NCBI RefSeq assembly: GCF_001194135.2
Contig: NC_068981.1
Location: forward strand, 32,215,705-32,279,704
Direction of reading: 5' to 3'
DNA from: Octopus bimaculoides
Lineage: Eukaryota
DNA: 64,000 nucleotides
A program made the position numbers and the translations under genes. Positions 1 through 13,605 of this stretch are shown piece by piece. Under the pieces are notes generated by a model, which ran no database searches, was not told the origin of the DNA, and was given only the letters and a program-made list of their open reading frames with translations. The stretch's first letter is position 1, and every line of letters starts with the position of its first letter.

Positions 1-963
1 CATTTATATTTATATTGTNNNNNNNNNNNNNNNNNNNNNNNNNNNNNNNNNNNNNNNNNNNNNNNNNNNNNNNNNNNNNNNNNNNNNNNNNNNNNNNNNN
101 NNNNNNNNNNNNNNNNNNNNNNNNNNNNNNNNNNNNNNNNNNNNNNNNNNNNNNNNNNNNNNNNNNNNNNNNNNNNNNNNNNNNNNNNNNNNNNNNNNNN
201 NNNNNNNNNNNNNNNNNNNNNNNNNNNNNNNNNNNNNNNNNNNNNNNNNNNNNNNNNNNNNNNNNNNNNNNNNNNNNNNNNNNNNNNNNNNNNNNNNNNN
301 NNNNNNNNNNNNNNNNNNNNNNNNNNNNNNNNNNNNNNNNNNNNNNNNNNNNNNNNNNNNNNNNNNNNNNNNNNNNNNNNNNNNNNNNNNNNNNNNNNNN
401 NNNNNNNNNNNNNNNNNNNNNNNNNNNNNNNNNNNNNNNNNNNNNNNNNNNNNNNNNNNNNNNNNNNNNNNNNNNNNNNNNNNNNNNNNNNNNNNNNNNN
501 NNNNNNNNNNNNNNNNNNNNNNNNNNNNNNNNNNNNNNNNNNNNNNNNNNNNNNNNNNNNNNNNNNNNNNNNNNNNNNNNNNNNNNNNNNNNNNNNNNNN
601 NNNNNNNNNNNNNNNNNNNNNNNNNNNNNNNNNNNNNNNNNNNNNNNNNNNNNNNNNNNNNNNNNNNNNNNNNNNNNNNNNNNNNNNNNNNNNNNNNNNN
701 NNNNNNNNNNNNNNNNNNNNNNNNNNNNNNNNNNNNNNNNNNNNNNNNNNNNNNNNNNNNNNNNNNNNNNNNNNNNNNNNNNNNNNNNNNNNNNNNNNNN
801 NNNNNNNNNNNNNNNNNNNNNNNNNNNNNNNNNNNNNNNNNNNNNNNNNNNNNNNNNNNNNNNNNNNNNNNNNNNNNNNNNNNNNNNNNNNNNNNNNNNN
901 NNNNNNNNNNNNNNNNNNNNNNNNNNNNNNNNNNNNNNNNNNNNNNNNNNNNNNNNNNNNNNN

Positions 964-1504
964 AATTCATGAGGCACCCATTTTCCAAGTTTAGGAATGT
1001 TTCCAAGTTGTTGAAAATGACGATGAACAGTTGTATGGTTTGAACTAAGCTTTATTGCCAATTCTTCAATTGATAATGCAGGATTTTCTTCAAGTAATGC
1101 CTCAAAGAGCTTATCATCAAACTCAACTGGACGTCCTGTTCGATCTTCATCTTCAAGGCTGAAATCTCCACTTCTGAATTTTGCAAACCATCTTCTGCAA
1201 GTTCTTTCATTCAAGCATTCTTTCCCATAAACTGAGTGTATGTTTCGAGTCGCCTCGGCTGCAGAGTTTCCTTTTTAGTACTCATAAAGCATTATGTGCC
1301 TTAAATGCTCTTTGGATACTTCCATGTTAGAATGGGTTTTAATTAAAGAAATTTTAATTCTATTATTAAATAATATTTAATTACTTTAAATGTACACAAA
1401 TGCATAAAAATATTTTTTTTATTCCATTATACATTCTTAGATACTATTAAATTTCATTCAATTTTAAAAAAGTAAAATCGGACAGAACATATGGAATGAC
1501 CTGA
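964..1504 (-). mobile_element. Mariner (Tc1/mariner) transposon, 5' part with TIR and N-terminal transposase; pseudogenised; remainder lost in N-gap 19-963
   Basis: Minus strand from ATG at 1325 reads MEVSKEHLRHIMLYEY*KGNSAAEATRNIHSVYGKECLNERTCRRWFAKFRSGDFSLEDEDRTGRPVEFDDKL...LGKWVPHE, the mariner HTH region plus the WVPHE motif. TIR-like TCAGGTCATTCCATATGTTCTGTCCGATTTT follows a TA at 1505-1506. One in-frame stop. Confidence 0.9.
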
Positions 1505-2196
1505 TATATAAATATATGTACATACATACACACACTAAAAAAAACACACACACACATATTTTCATATATAACTATATCCAATTTTATACTATACTATAAA
1601 ACCGTAACTGGTTAGGTTATAAATATTTCCTATATACATTTGGGGTCATTTTGGTTATAAACAAGAATTTTAGTGCATTAGCGCATTGTTTTAGACAATA
1701 GAGAAGCGATCAGATGGCTAGTGTTTATAAGAGCTCATAAAATACATACGAAACCTAGTAATTCATGTGTTGAGGTTAAGAATATTAGATTCTTTGTAAG
1801 AGTTTTATCAGTAGTAATCTGACTGTTTTTTAACGCGTTGGAGCAATTTAATGTAATCGGTAATGCTGTACTTTAGTTTTAAACAAATACCTTTCGTATG
1901 TAGTTTTGTTTTTTAACATTTTCATGCATTAGATCGTACTTGTCGATGAATAATATACTGAGAGGGAGACACAAAGGAAATAGTGAGTTAGAAATAGAGA
2001 TTGCATGAGATGGAGACGTATGTATGCAAGTTGTGCATGCGTGAATATTTCGATACGTGATGTGTGAATAATAATAATTTCACAGGAATTGATCGATAAA
2101 TATGTAAAGTGAGAAATTAACAAGATGGTTGGAATATTTCGATAGCAACCTCAAAATGAAAAACAAAAACGAAAAAAGTAAAATTTTACCATATAC

Positions 2197-2256
<60 letters not shown>

Positions 2257-2315
2257 TACATGTACAAGCCTACGGATGTGCGTATACATTTGTATATATG
2301 CATATACATAAGCAT

Positions 2316-2371
<56 letters not shown>

Positions 2372-2650
2372 GCTTGTGTATGTATACGTAGATTTTGTAT
2401 GAAAATGTTCTCGATTGTTAATATAACATACAGTCACAATTTCGATACTTTAGTTCGTGTTTTTTTTTTATCTACGGTTATTTGATAATGTATACGTGTC
2501 TGTGTGTGCACGCGCGTGTGTGCGTATATATATACATATGTCTGTATGTATGTATAAATATATATAGAGAGAGATATATATACTTATATACACATGTATA
2601 TGCACATATACACGTACACGCACGCAGATGTATATATACGTACGTGCGTA

Positions 2651-2687
<37 letters not shown>

Positions 2688-3896
2688 CATATATAATATA
2701 TATATATATATGTGTGTGTGTGTGTTTGTTGTGTACGTACGTATGTATCATTTTCTCTATAGATTTATGTAATTCACTGCCTCATATAGATTGAAGAGGA
2801 AATTTCTAATTAAGGAACCGTCTAATTAATTCGGTGACAATGTTTTAATGGCTCCAAGCAATATCGTTTCTCTTTATAGAGGTGAGTTAAAAATATTCAC
2901 CCTTTTTCCAATAGTATTGATTTAGATCTCACCAAGAGTTCACTAAGAATGTGTTAGGCATCGATCAAATCACACCGTAGCGCCTGAAACTAAGTTACCG
3001 TCCATTCCTTCACACTACTAACACACACACACACACACATGCACACTCACCAACTCCATCACCACCACACACATGCACACACACACACACACACATGCAC
3101 ACTCACTAACACCATTACCACCATCGCCATACACATACACATACATACATACACACTCACACATATGTGTACATATATATACATATATTGCATATTTATA
3201 TGCATAGCTACGTACATCCATTCATCTCGGATGAACATACATATATGTGTGTGTGTGTGTGTGTCTTTGTAAATATAGACACACATATATATAAAAAAAT
3301 ATATATATATATGAATACATATGCAAATACAACACGTGCATGTACATTTACGCATGCATATATATATATATATATATATANNNNNNNNNNNNNNNNNNNN
3401 NNNNNNNNNNNNNNNNNNNNNNNNNNNNNNNNNNNNNNNNNNNNNNNNNNNNNNNNNNNNNNNNNNNNNNNNNNNNNNNNNNNNNNNNNNNNNNNNNNNN
3501 NNNNNNNNNNNNNNNNNNNNNNNNNNNNNNNNNNNNNNNNNNNNNNNNNNNNNNNNNNNNNNNNNNNNNNNNNNNNNNNNNNNNNNNNNNNNNNNNNNNN
3601 NNNNNNNNNNNNNNNNNNNNNNNNNNNNNNNNNNNNNNNNNNNNNNNNNNNNNNNNNNNNNNNNNNNNNNNNNNNNNNNNNNNNNNNNNNNNNNNNNNNN
3701 NNNNNNNNNNNNNNNNNNNNNNNNNNNNNNNNNNNNNNNNNNNNNNNNNNNNNNNNNNNNNNNNNNNNNNNNNNNNNNNNNNNNNNNNNNNNNNNNNNNN
3801 NNNNNNNNNNNNNNNNNNNNNNNNNNNNNNNNNNNNNNNNNNNNNNNNNNNNNNNNNNNNNNNNNNNNNNNNNNNNNNNNNNNNNNNNNNNNNNNN

Positions 3897-3928
<32 letters not shown>

Positions 3929-5410
3929 TTAATTGATAATCTTCTGGAAAGTTTTACAGATTGTTATTGTGCCACTGATAGATTGAGTCTATAGTCTTCG
4001 AATTAGCTTTCCCCTTTCTCTTTTTGTGAAGCCTAATTTCTCAAAGTTTGTATTTAGGCAGGGCCCCAATAATTACAGGTATAAACCTAAACTTGTAATC
4101 TGGATAGAGTAACTGCAAATTTCTCAATAGTTCAGTATAGGTGTTCTCTTTTTCACTGATCTTCAACATTATGTTAACATCTGCTGGACAGCGAATTTCC
4201 ACAACTGTACACAGTTTCTATTCTCTATTTCAAATCACTATATCAGGACTGGTGTGCTTAAATTTCATTGATTTCTTCACTTGTACATTCCACCAATGAA
4301 TGTATGTATGTATGTATGTATGTATGTATGTATGTATGTATGTATGTATGTATGTATGTATGTATGTCATTATTCAGTTTATTTCAAGATTTCTTACCAA
4401 TAAAGAAACAACTGGATTCTAACTTAGATCCAAGGTTCTTTCATTTCAAGTTGAACATCAACAACAGAGTATTTTTGTTTGTATGTATGCATGTATGTAT
4501 GTATGTATGTATGTGCAGATTTGTAAGTTTTATGTATGTCCTATAACTCCAGCAAGAAAGAAATCGCTTAACTGTTGAGCTGTTGTTTTCGTTCTGTTCC
4601 TCGACTTTTTTGTTATTGATGTTGTGTCCAGTCATGTTGTTGGTAGTACCTCTCTGCATGCAAAATTCTAATTAATTCATCTGAAGATTAACCAGTTATT
4701 TAATTCATCAGTTAATTCTCAGTTAATTCTCAGTTAATTCATCTGAAGATTAACCAGTTATCTAACAAGCCTGCTAATTGTGGCTCCAAAGTTGGAGATA
4801 ACATTCATCGTATTTTCGATAAATAGTCTCCCACACCAAATACGCGACTTGTCGCTTCGAACGTTTCATGTATGCATGTATGTATGCGTGTATGTATGCG
4901 TGTATGTATGTATGTATGTATATGTGTATGTTTATGTATGTATGTATGTATGTATGTATGTATGTATGTATGTATGCACATACGTATGTTCCTGTTACAT
5001 GTTTCAAATAGAGAACGACCCTGTTTCTTGCCTATAATCAAGACTCTATATGTTTGAATTAAGATATCAGACAGTATATTTTTAGATTGTGTGTGTGTGT
5101 GTATGCGCATGTATGTCTGTGACTCTGTGTGTGCTCGCTCGTTTGTGTGTGNNNNNNNNNNNNNNNNNNNNNNNNNNNNNNNNNNNNNNNNNNNNNNNNN
5201 NNNNNNNNNNNNNNNNNNNNNNNNNNNNNNNNNNNNNNNNNNNNNNNNNNNNNNNNNNNNNNNNNNNNNNNNNNNNNNNNNNNNNNNNNNNNNNNNNNNN
5301 NNNNNNNNNNNNNNNNNNNNNNNNNNNNNNNNNNNNNNNNNNNNNNNNNNNNNNNNNNNNNNNNNNNNNNNNNNNNNNNNNNNNNNNNNNNNNNNNNNNN
5401 NNNNNNNNNN

Positions 5411-5654
5411 AACAAACCGCAAAACTTTCTAAATATTTGCAAAGGAAACACCCACAATAGAGTACAAAGTAAGACCATTGTCCCAAGTGAATGGTCCACT
5501 ATCTGCGGAGACCAACAGGGTAAATGAAGTGCTCAGTGTATAATTCAAACGTGTCTTCACCTCCTCACTTGGACACATGTAAATAAATAGCCCGGCTGAG
5601 TTCTTTGACATTACAGCTGTGGAGAGGAAGGCTGCAACCATTGATTATATCGAT
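5411..5654 (+). mobile_element. CR1/L2-like LINE ORF2 fragment (pre-RT linker), left of the mariner insertion
   Basis: Degenerate translation ...EVLSV*FKRVFT...ATIDYID resembles the CR1 linker (EILN.QF.SVFT). It reads on into the fragment at 6420. Confidence 0.45.
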
Positions 5655-6419
5655 GGTCTGCGTGCAGTTCGATTCTAACAGTTATTTTCTTTTTTCAAAG
5701 CTATAATGAAGAGACAAAGGAGCATATTCGGCATATTTTGCTTTGAGTTCAATAAAGGCAACAACAATAAAGGCAAGGGAAAGTGCGATGAATATTAATG
5801 CAGTATAAGGGGATCAGACAATTAACGTAAGCCAGTGCCAACGGTGATTCTAGAAACTCAAAGCCAGAAACTACAGTCTAGAAGACGAGCCTCATTCTGG
5901 AAGATTTATAGAGCTCGATGAGGACGTTCTACAAGTCCTGGTGGAAAAAAATCCCATCGTAACTGTTGAGGAACTAGCAGAGAAGCTTGGATCTGGTCAT
6001 TCAACCACTCATCGACACCTGCGCTAGAAGAAAAACGACCATCTTTGGTTTCAAGACGAAAGGTATCTTTCTATCAGAATAATGCTCGGCCACATACTGT
6101 GAGGATAACATTTCAGTTTGAATGGGAAACGAAGCCCCACTCACCATATTCACTGAACATTGCCCCATCTGATTATCATTTATTCCGCAGTCTTGAAAAT
6201 CATTTGGACGGAAAAAATATGAAGTTTGTAGGTGAGGTCAGAATAGTACTGGAGGAGTATTTTTCGTCGCGGGCAAGTGAATTTTGGAAGAGGGACCTCG
6301 CAAGAGCATTGTAGAAAATAAAGCAGAGTATAATTTAGATTAACAATGAACTTTGTTTATCATAATTTTGAAAAATATAAGAAATGATAAAAAATCGCAT
6401 TATTTATTGGAAGACCCAA
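5655..6419 (+). mobile_element. Internally deleted mariner transposon (5' TIR lost, 3' TIR intact)
   Basis: N-terminal KEHIRHILL...NYSLEDEPHSGR is joined to C-terminal QNNARPH...PHSPYSLNIAPSDYHLFRSLENHLDGK (mariner DNARPH and YSPDLAPSDY motifs). 3' TIR aaaatcgcattatttattggaagacccaa plus TA at 6420-6421. Confidence 0.9.
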
Positions 6420-6850
6420 TATATCACAATCTCCGAGATCTTGACAAAACTCTCAAACTAGATAAGTGTCTATATGACTCCTTACGGGTTAGTCACTCAG
6501 ACTGTCGCTGTTGCTAGCTATGCCGATGATACAAGATTATCACAAGCAATAAATAACTCTGACAATGTTGCAAACTTGATGGGGAAACTGGATTAATATG
6601 CAAGAGGGTTGATCAAAACTGCATGCAATCTAATGCTAGAACATTTCAAGTACTGCCCTATCAGCTCACAGTTGTACGGCATCCTCCATATAGAGGACCC
6701 GAATTGCACTGCATACCCAGAGTCACAGGCAATGGTCATCAGTAATGCATCATTTCATGTGTACATTACCAAGATGGCAACAAAGTATAAACAATTGGCA
6801 GGACGGATACTAAGGTCCTTCAGGTGTAGAGACCAAGGAGTCGTGCAAGA
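6420..6850 (+). mobile_element. CR1-like LINE reverse transcriptase fragment
   Basis: Frames contain ITISEILTKL...PYG, VASYADDTRLSQAINNSDNVANL (YADD motif) and KQLAGRILRSFRCRD, typical of CR1-clade RT C-terminal regions. Stops and deletions present. Confidence 0.7.
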
Positions 6851-8579
6851 GCTTGTAGAAGAAGGAGGAGGAGGAGGGGGGAGAAGAAGAAGAAGAAGAA
6901 GAAGAAGAAGATAACAACGACGATGATGATAACGATAATGATGAAGATGGGGAACATCATGAACAACATCATAATTAACAAAATGAAAAAGTAGAAGAAA
7001 TAGATCTGAAGCAGATAATGAGCAAAGAAACTAATAATTGCTAATGAAAAAAAATATTAGTTGTCACCCAATTTCTTCACAAGCATATAGATGCACAGAG
7101 ATCCATGGTTTAAGTAAAAATATGTGTGCGAATGTTCTCATGCATGCACATACCTACTATTATCATTTCCCCAAGCATCTACAAAGGTGAATAATTATTT
7201 GATTTCATTTTCTTCTCTCTCTCTCTTTCTCTCCATCCCTTTCTCTCTCTCTCTCTCACTCTTTCTCTCTCTCTCTCTCTTCTCTCTCTTTGTTTCATTA
7301 GAAGGTAATGTACGAAAATAGAATTTATTGACTAGCAAATTTGTTCACCCGAAATTATTCTCACCGCCAACACCACCAATACCACTACATTAATATAACT
7401 GATGCTCTTGTCATGACTATAGCTACACTCCACAACTAATCCCAGCACCATTGCTGTCAGCACTATTATCCGTTAACAACGCAAAGCTTTTTATTCCATA
7501 GACAACTACATGATTACTTCAATGACAACCACTGTCACCGCCACAACACCATCGCCACCGGCAGCAGTCCCACCATCATAACAAGCCAGAGTTTTAATGT
7601 GGTCGCTTGACGCGCCTGAAATAGCATTGATATCTCCCTCAGATCACATCCTGGTATCTTTAAAAGAAAGCAAAACATGTGACATGATGATTTATTATTT
7701 CATACACCGCCTGAATAAAAGAATAGGTGGTCACGGTTTGACGTAATTGTGCACAGGCCTGTATGATGAGAAAGAGTTTGGGAAGCAGACCAACACCAGG
7801 AACGCCCACGGCAACATATTACTTCTTCGAACACTATGAAACATCTTTGGAGAAAACCAGCTGCATCAGTGTCATCGCTGCCTTTTAGTTCAACCAATGA
7901 GACTACCCTGTCCAGCGTAACAAGAGTAACATGTATCCAAATCAATAAGAAGCCCTGTATCTAAACGTTTTATCTGTTAACATAACCGCTCAGTCTTCCT
8001 CAAATAGCAAGCTGCATTTTTAATTGTAATACAGTGAACAATGGCGTATTAAATAGACTATAAATGAAAAAGGAAAACTGGAATACTTTTTATCATACGC
8101 TTGTTCGATCAAGATAGATCTATGTCAAAAGAGTTATACTAACATCAAGGTGGTAACCTTACCTGATGTATGAACCTGCCAGTCACGAAACCGTTCTTTT
8201 ATCGTAAAGGGTCAATGGAATTGTATATATACTATGTGTGGGAAACCGGATGGCCATGGCTCGTTTACTTCTGCTATTTGGTTAGCTAGGTCGTACCTAT
8301 GAATGACAAAATAATTGGAACAATGACAACAAAAAGATTCTTACCTCAAGTACAACATTCCTACCTCAACTACAATATTCTCATCACTATCACCATAGCA
8401 ATCAGAACATTACCTGTACTTCATCTAACACCAAGACCAAGATCATCACAAAGTTTACTTCTGCCACCATCATTATCGCAACTAATCTTGCAGCCACTAA
8501 CAAAACAACAAGCATGAAACACCCAAGAGCCTCACCTCAGTCTTGACCTTCATTATAACAGTCATTTATCATCTCTACA

Positions 8580-8976
8580 GTGGAGGCGCAATGGCCTAAT
8601 GGTCAGGGCAGCGGAGTCGCGGTCATAGGATCGCGGTTTCGATTCCCAGACCGGGTGTTGTGAGTGTTTATTGAGCGAAAACACCTAAAGCTCCACGAGG
8701 CTCCGGCAGGGGATGGTGGCGAACCCTGCTGTACTCTTTCACCACAACTTTCTCTCACTCTTACTTCCTGTTTCTGTTGTTCCTCTAATTCAAAGGGTCA
8801 GTCTTGTCACACTGTGTCACGCTGAATATCCCCGAGAACTACGTTATATGGTACACGTGTATGTGGAGTGCTCAGCCACTTGTACGTTAATTTCACGAGC
8901 AGGTTGTTCCGTTGATCGGATCAACTAGAACCCTCGACGTCGTTAGCGACGGAGTGCCAACAACATCAACAACAAC
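8580..8976 (+). mobile_element. tRNA-derived SINE family A, full length, with 12-bp TSD
   Basis: Head GGAGGCGCAATGGCCTAATGG (A box) and GGTTTCGATTCC (B box); (CAA)n tail; TSD ATCATCTCTACA at 8568-8579 and 8977-8988. Closely similar to copies at 15646 and 28539. Confidence 0.92.
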
Positions 8977-9663
8977 ATCATCTCTACAATTATCATCTCT
9001 AAGAAACTTAAGATCACTTTCGCTAGCCATGAAGAAAGGCTATACATAATTCCTCCACATGCTAGAAATAGTAGCGAAAATCTGCCTCCTATCATGACAC
9101 TAAATTATTTTTAAAGAATGAATTTTATAATGTATCTCTGAGAACGATATGACAGAAAAATAAAGAACTTAAATGTTACGAGTCAGATGCATTTGGTTGT
9201 AGATCTTATTCAATGCTGACATTGGTGCCAAAACAACAACAACTACACAAAACATCGAACTGCCTACCGATACCACTACAACTATGGCTATCACTACAAA
9301 CACCATATTCAGGAATGCCAATATCTATACCCCTACCATGCTAAAAAACGCATTCACACACATATACCACAATCAGCATTACAACATCACTACGAGCGGT
9401 AGTAACAACAACAGCAGCAACAGCAGCATAACTATAAGCAGCCATGTCACCAATGTAAAATTCTGACACTCTCCAATCTTATCCAGAAATGAATCAGCCG
9501 GTATTATTTAATCAAGATAGCTGTGAGAACAAATTCTTCATTGATGTAAAACTAGGGAGGTGATAGAAATCTATGAACACCACCGATATCGCAATACCAA
9601 TCACACATTCATTCGGCAAACGGTAGGAACACATATATAAATATATGCATACGTATGTATACA

Positions 9664-9761
<98 letters not shown>

Positions 9762-9849
9762 TGCATAAACACATATCAGTGCTTGATTCACTATGCATGT
9801 ATGTGTATTGAGAAACACACACTTACATGTATATATGTGTAGATGTATG

Positions 9850-9910
<61 letters not shown>

Positions 9911-9933
9911 CTANNNNNNNNNNTAGATGTATG

Positions 9934-10002
<69 letters not shown>

Positions 10003-10112
10003 CTATGTGTGTTACGTATATGTATAATACACCCAACAAACACCCACACACTTATTAAATGTGTATGTGCGCACATGCAGTGTGAATGTGTTTTCGTGCA
10101 TATAAACACAAA

Positions 10113-10205
10113 TATGGCCACACGGTTAAGAAATTTGCTTGGCAACCATGAGGTCCTGTTTTCGATCCGACTGTTTGGCATCTTAGGAAAGTGTCTTATA
10201 CTTTA
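10113..10205 (+). mobile_element. Degenerate SINE family B head
   Basis: ggttaagaaatttgcttggcaaccatgaggtcctgttttcgatccgactg...ggcatcttaggaaagtgtctt aligns by eye with the B head at 13177. Confidence 0.5.
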
Positions 10206-10492
10206 AGCAAAACATTAAAAAAAACTGTTACAGTAATTCGAACGACCAACCTTTACAGAAACTGTAATGCTGATTCTACCTCTGGAATATGTTAACAACA
10301 TACGTCTATAGGGAACACACAGCTATTTGTTATATAATGCAATGAAGCGGCAATTCTGTGGATCGTAAAATTGGGATAATGTAGTTGGTGATTGGGAGAA
10401 CACAATTTTGTATATGCGTGTGCTTCTACGCACACACACAATGACCCCTACTTTGTACATGAGTGCATTTGTCTTAATATTTTTAATCGTCA

Positions 10493-10715
10493 AAGGCGGC
10501 GAACTGAGAGAAACGTTAGCATGCTGGGCGAAATACTTAGCGATATTTCGTCTGACTTTACGATTTGAGTTCCAATTCCACCGAGGTCGACTGTGCTTTT
10601 CATCCTTTCGGCGTCGATAAATTAAGTACCAGTTGCGTACTGGGCCAATCTAATCGACTGCACCTCCTCCTCTCCCAACATTTCGGACTTTGCGCGTAGA
10701 TTAGAAAAAAACATA
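10493..10715 (+). mobile_element. tRNA-derived SINE family C
   Basis: ggcggcgaactgagagaaacgttagc...gagttccaattccaccgaggtcgactgtgctttcatcctttcggcgtcgataaattaagtaccag; the same motif order recurs in many copies in this window. Confidence 0.85.
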
Positions 10716-10830
10716 TTTTTAATCCTCGGAAATTTAACAATGACTCATAGGCCAAACGTTTCGGATGTGGAAGTTACCAAAGTAAAAGTAAAGTGGATCA
10801 TAAGGCCCATTTTCCGGATTCTGTAGCGTG

Positions 10831-10898
<68 letters not shown>

Positions 10899-11353
10899 CA
10901 TCCCTCCACTTGACGGACCGCGGTCATGACTATTTTAATATGTATGCATGTATGTATGCGTGTGTGTATGCTTGTGTGTGTGTGTGTGTGTGTAATTAAA
11001 TATTTGAACTTCGAGACGAAAATGAACTTAATATATCTGGTTTTATGGACACTGCTAGGTTTGCCAATTATTTTACACGGAATATGGTGGCACCAGCTGA
11101 AAGCAGTAAGAATCAAATACGTTGTCTAAATATCCACAGGAAAATCCCTCTGCATCCGAGGTTTAACAACAGTAAGTAAATTAAGCAAACATTCATCCGT
11201 TTCCAAATAAAATATATAGAAGATATATGAATTCATCTAACATATATTTTGCCTTATTTTTCACACAACATTTTGTTTCCGTTGTTAAATATATAAATAC
11301 ATACGAAGCTCAGTGTATATAGGCACTGTATCTTCTAGTATCTTCTTCTTCTA

Positions 11354-11365
11354 ATAATAATGATG

Positions 11366-11449
<84 letters not shown>

Positions 11450-11466
11450 GTAATAATAATAATAAT
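11354..11466. repeat. (AAT)n microsatellite
   Basis: Directly visible tandem triplet. Confidence 0.95.
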
Positions 11467-13176
11467 GACGATAAGAGAGAATGAATTTATAAAAACTGCA
11501 TTTACTTTCAGAGTATATCGTAGCAGTAATTAAACGGTAAAAATCAACTAAAATCAAACGCTTGGAAAAACGACTACATACAAGGTGGTTGGGTAACATG
11601 CTAGGATCAGCTATTGCAAGTCAAAGAACAATCTAAAAATTCAGAAGACCTTTGAAATGAACCAAGACCGTTGTCAGTACTATAAAATATATATATATAA
11701 AAAAAAGCAAGGGAAGATGCATCAACTGGCCATCTGGAAAGGATGATGGATTACTTCAATCTGAAATATTCTAACAATTTACATTTCAGTGCCAGGCAGT
11801 CACGAAAGCACTTCACATTTGTTGAGATAATGCAGTTATCCTTACCGATCATCAAAATCACACATGAAATAAAAGACATTAAAAGAGCACGGCCGATATT
11901 TCAACAACAAAAACAAATATAAAACTAAGACTACGTAAGCATATAAAACACACTCTTTCTCCCTCTTCCGTTCTCTCTCGTTCTCTCTCGCTCTCTCTCT
12001 CTCCATCTTTCTCTGTCTCTAACACAGAAATATTCTCACTGACATCCCTATGAATATAGATATACAATCTGTAAACGTGAAGACAGACTGGCAGACCTGA
12101 AGCGGAACTGGAATAGAAAAAGCAAGCCGTTAATGAGGTTGCCACAAATCTGTGATATATTAGCCGAAAAATTAATCAAACAATCGATTAGTTACTTAAG
12201 TTAACTGGTTCAATTAGTTGACTGATGAAAATAATGATGATGACGACGACGACGACGACGACGATGAAAGAAGGGAAAAACACGCAGTGGTGTACGTTTA
12301 TTATTGGCATGATGACCTTCCCAATATATAAAAAAAAAAATTGTTTCGACACAGGAATTAACATCAAGAATCTCAGCAACCGATTACAAAAACAATATGT
12401 ATTTGGATTGACGGCTAACATCATCCATAGATTTATGACTTTTGGAAAGTCAAGATCATAACAGACTCCCCATTCACCCATTCTAAATATTTTTATATTG
12501 AGCTTTTGTGCAATTTGTGCTAGTACACGTTGAAAAGAAAAATAAAAGTATTATGAAAATTTCCAATATAACATCTTATATAGTATGTTGAAACAAAGAA
12601 AAAAATTAGCGTTAAAAATATAAAAAGACAATAAAAAATATCTAATTCCCATAAAAATTAAATTGACTCTTAAATAACTGGCGTGATAATGATCAATGCT
12701 TAATCAATTCTTCTATGGTTAAAAGTAGCTATTTAATTATCACCCAATGTTGAATCATACCAGAAGCCTATTTTCAATTATATAGTCCGTCCACTCAATT
12801 TGTCTTCTTTAAGTTGTTTAAAACACATATATTCTTATTCTCTTAGAGGCCAAGATATCCTTTGCCTTCCCTTGCCTTCCCTTTCTTCTACAATTTTATA
12901 ATTACTACTTCGGATATTTATTTTTCTATTAACATCACTCCTACTTCTTTTATACCCATGCCTCCTAAATCTTTCTTTACGATACTTCTCGTCTGTTTAG
13001 CCTTCTTCATTTCCTATGCCATTTTGCTTTCTCTTTTATTGCATGATTAGATTGGTTCCCTTGGCGTCGTAAATAAGTCTCCGCTAAACATGCACAAGCG
13101 TGTATAAAGCTTTTTTAGATTTCGTAATAATTTTAGGTGCTGCAATTTCAACCAGGCCAAAAGTTTGAATAACAGT

Positions 13177-13541
13177 GGCAGGAGTGGCTGTGTTGGTAAG
13201 AAGCTTGCTTCTCGACCATCTCGTTCCGGGTTCAGTCCCACTGCGTGGCATCTTGGTCGAGTGCCTTCTTCTATAATCTCGGGCCGACTAAAGCTTTGTG
13301 GGTGGATTTGGGAGACGCAAACTGAAAGAAGCCCATCGTAAATGTGAGTGTGTGTATTTGCGTGCCTGGTTTTGTCTCCCACACCATCATCACTTGACAA
13401 GCGATGTTGGTGTGCTTACGTCACCATAACTTAGCTGTTGAGCAAAACAACCGATAGAATAAGCCCTGATGGTCAATTTGTTCGACTAAATGTGGTGCTC
13501 CAACATAACCGCAGTCAAATGACTGAAACAAGTAAAAGAAT
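13177..13541 (+). mobile_element. SINE family B, near full length (tRNA-like head, internal TG-rich segment, central module, 3' tail)
   Basis: Head ggcaggagtggctgtgttggtaagaagcttgc...ccgggttcagtcccactgcgtggc; ...aactgaaagaagcccatcgta; central accgatagaataag; tail gtggtgctccaacataaccgcagtcaaatgactgaaacaagtaaaagaa. Confidence 0.88.
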
Positions 13542-13549
13542 ATATATAT

Positions 13550-13605
<56 letters not shown>

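Noticed and set aside
15-1043. Long ORFs made of X residues (also 17603-18989, 22031-23330, 61140-62018 and others)
   Set aside because: They are open only because they cross N-gaps.
2080-3355. Many ORFs of (VC)n, (HT)n, (YI)n and (YLSI)n throughout the window
   Set aside because: These are translations of dinucleotide and tetranucleotide microsatellites.
7700-7945. 81-aa minus-strand ORF from the track
   Set aside because: No recognisable motif, and the length is within chance expectation; kept only as part of a unique-sequence island.
9840-10003. Duplicated (TA)n(TG)n block
   Set aside because: Identical copies lie on either side of a 10-N gap; assembly artefact.
11467-11690. Possible LINE remnant after the (AAT)n array
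   Set aside because: Only a vague KRLH..W resemblance; no ordered motifs support a call.
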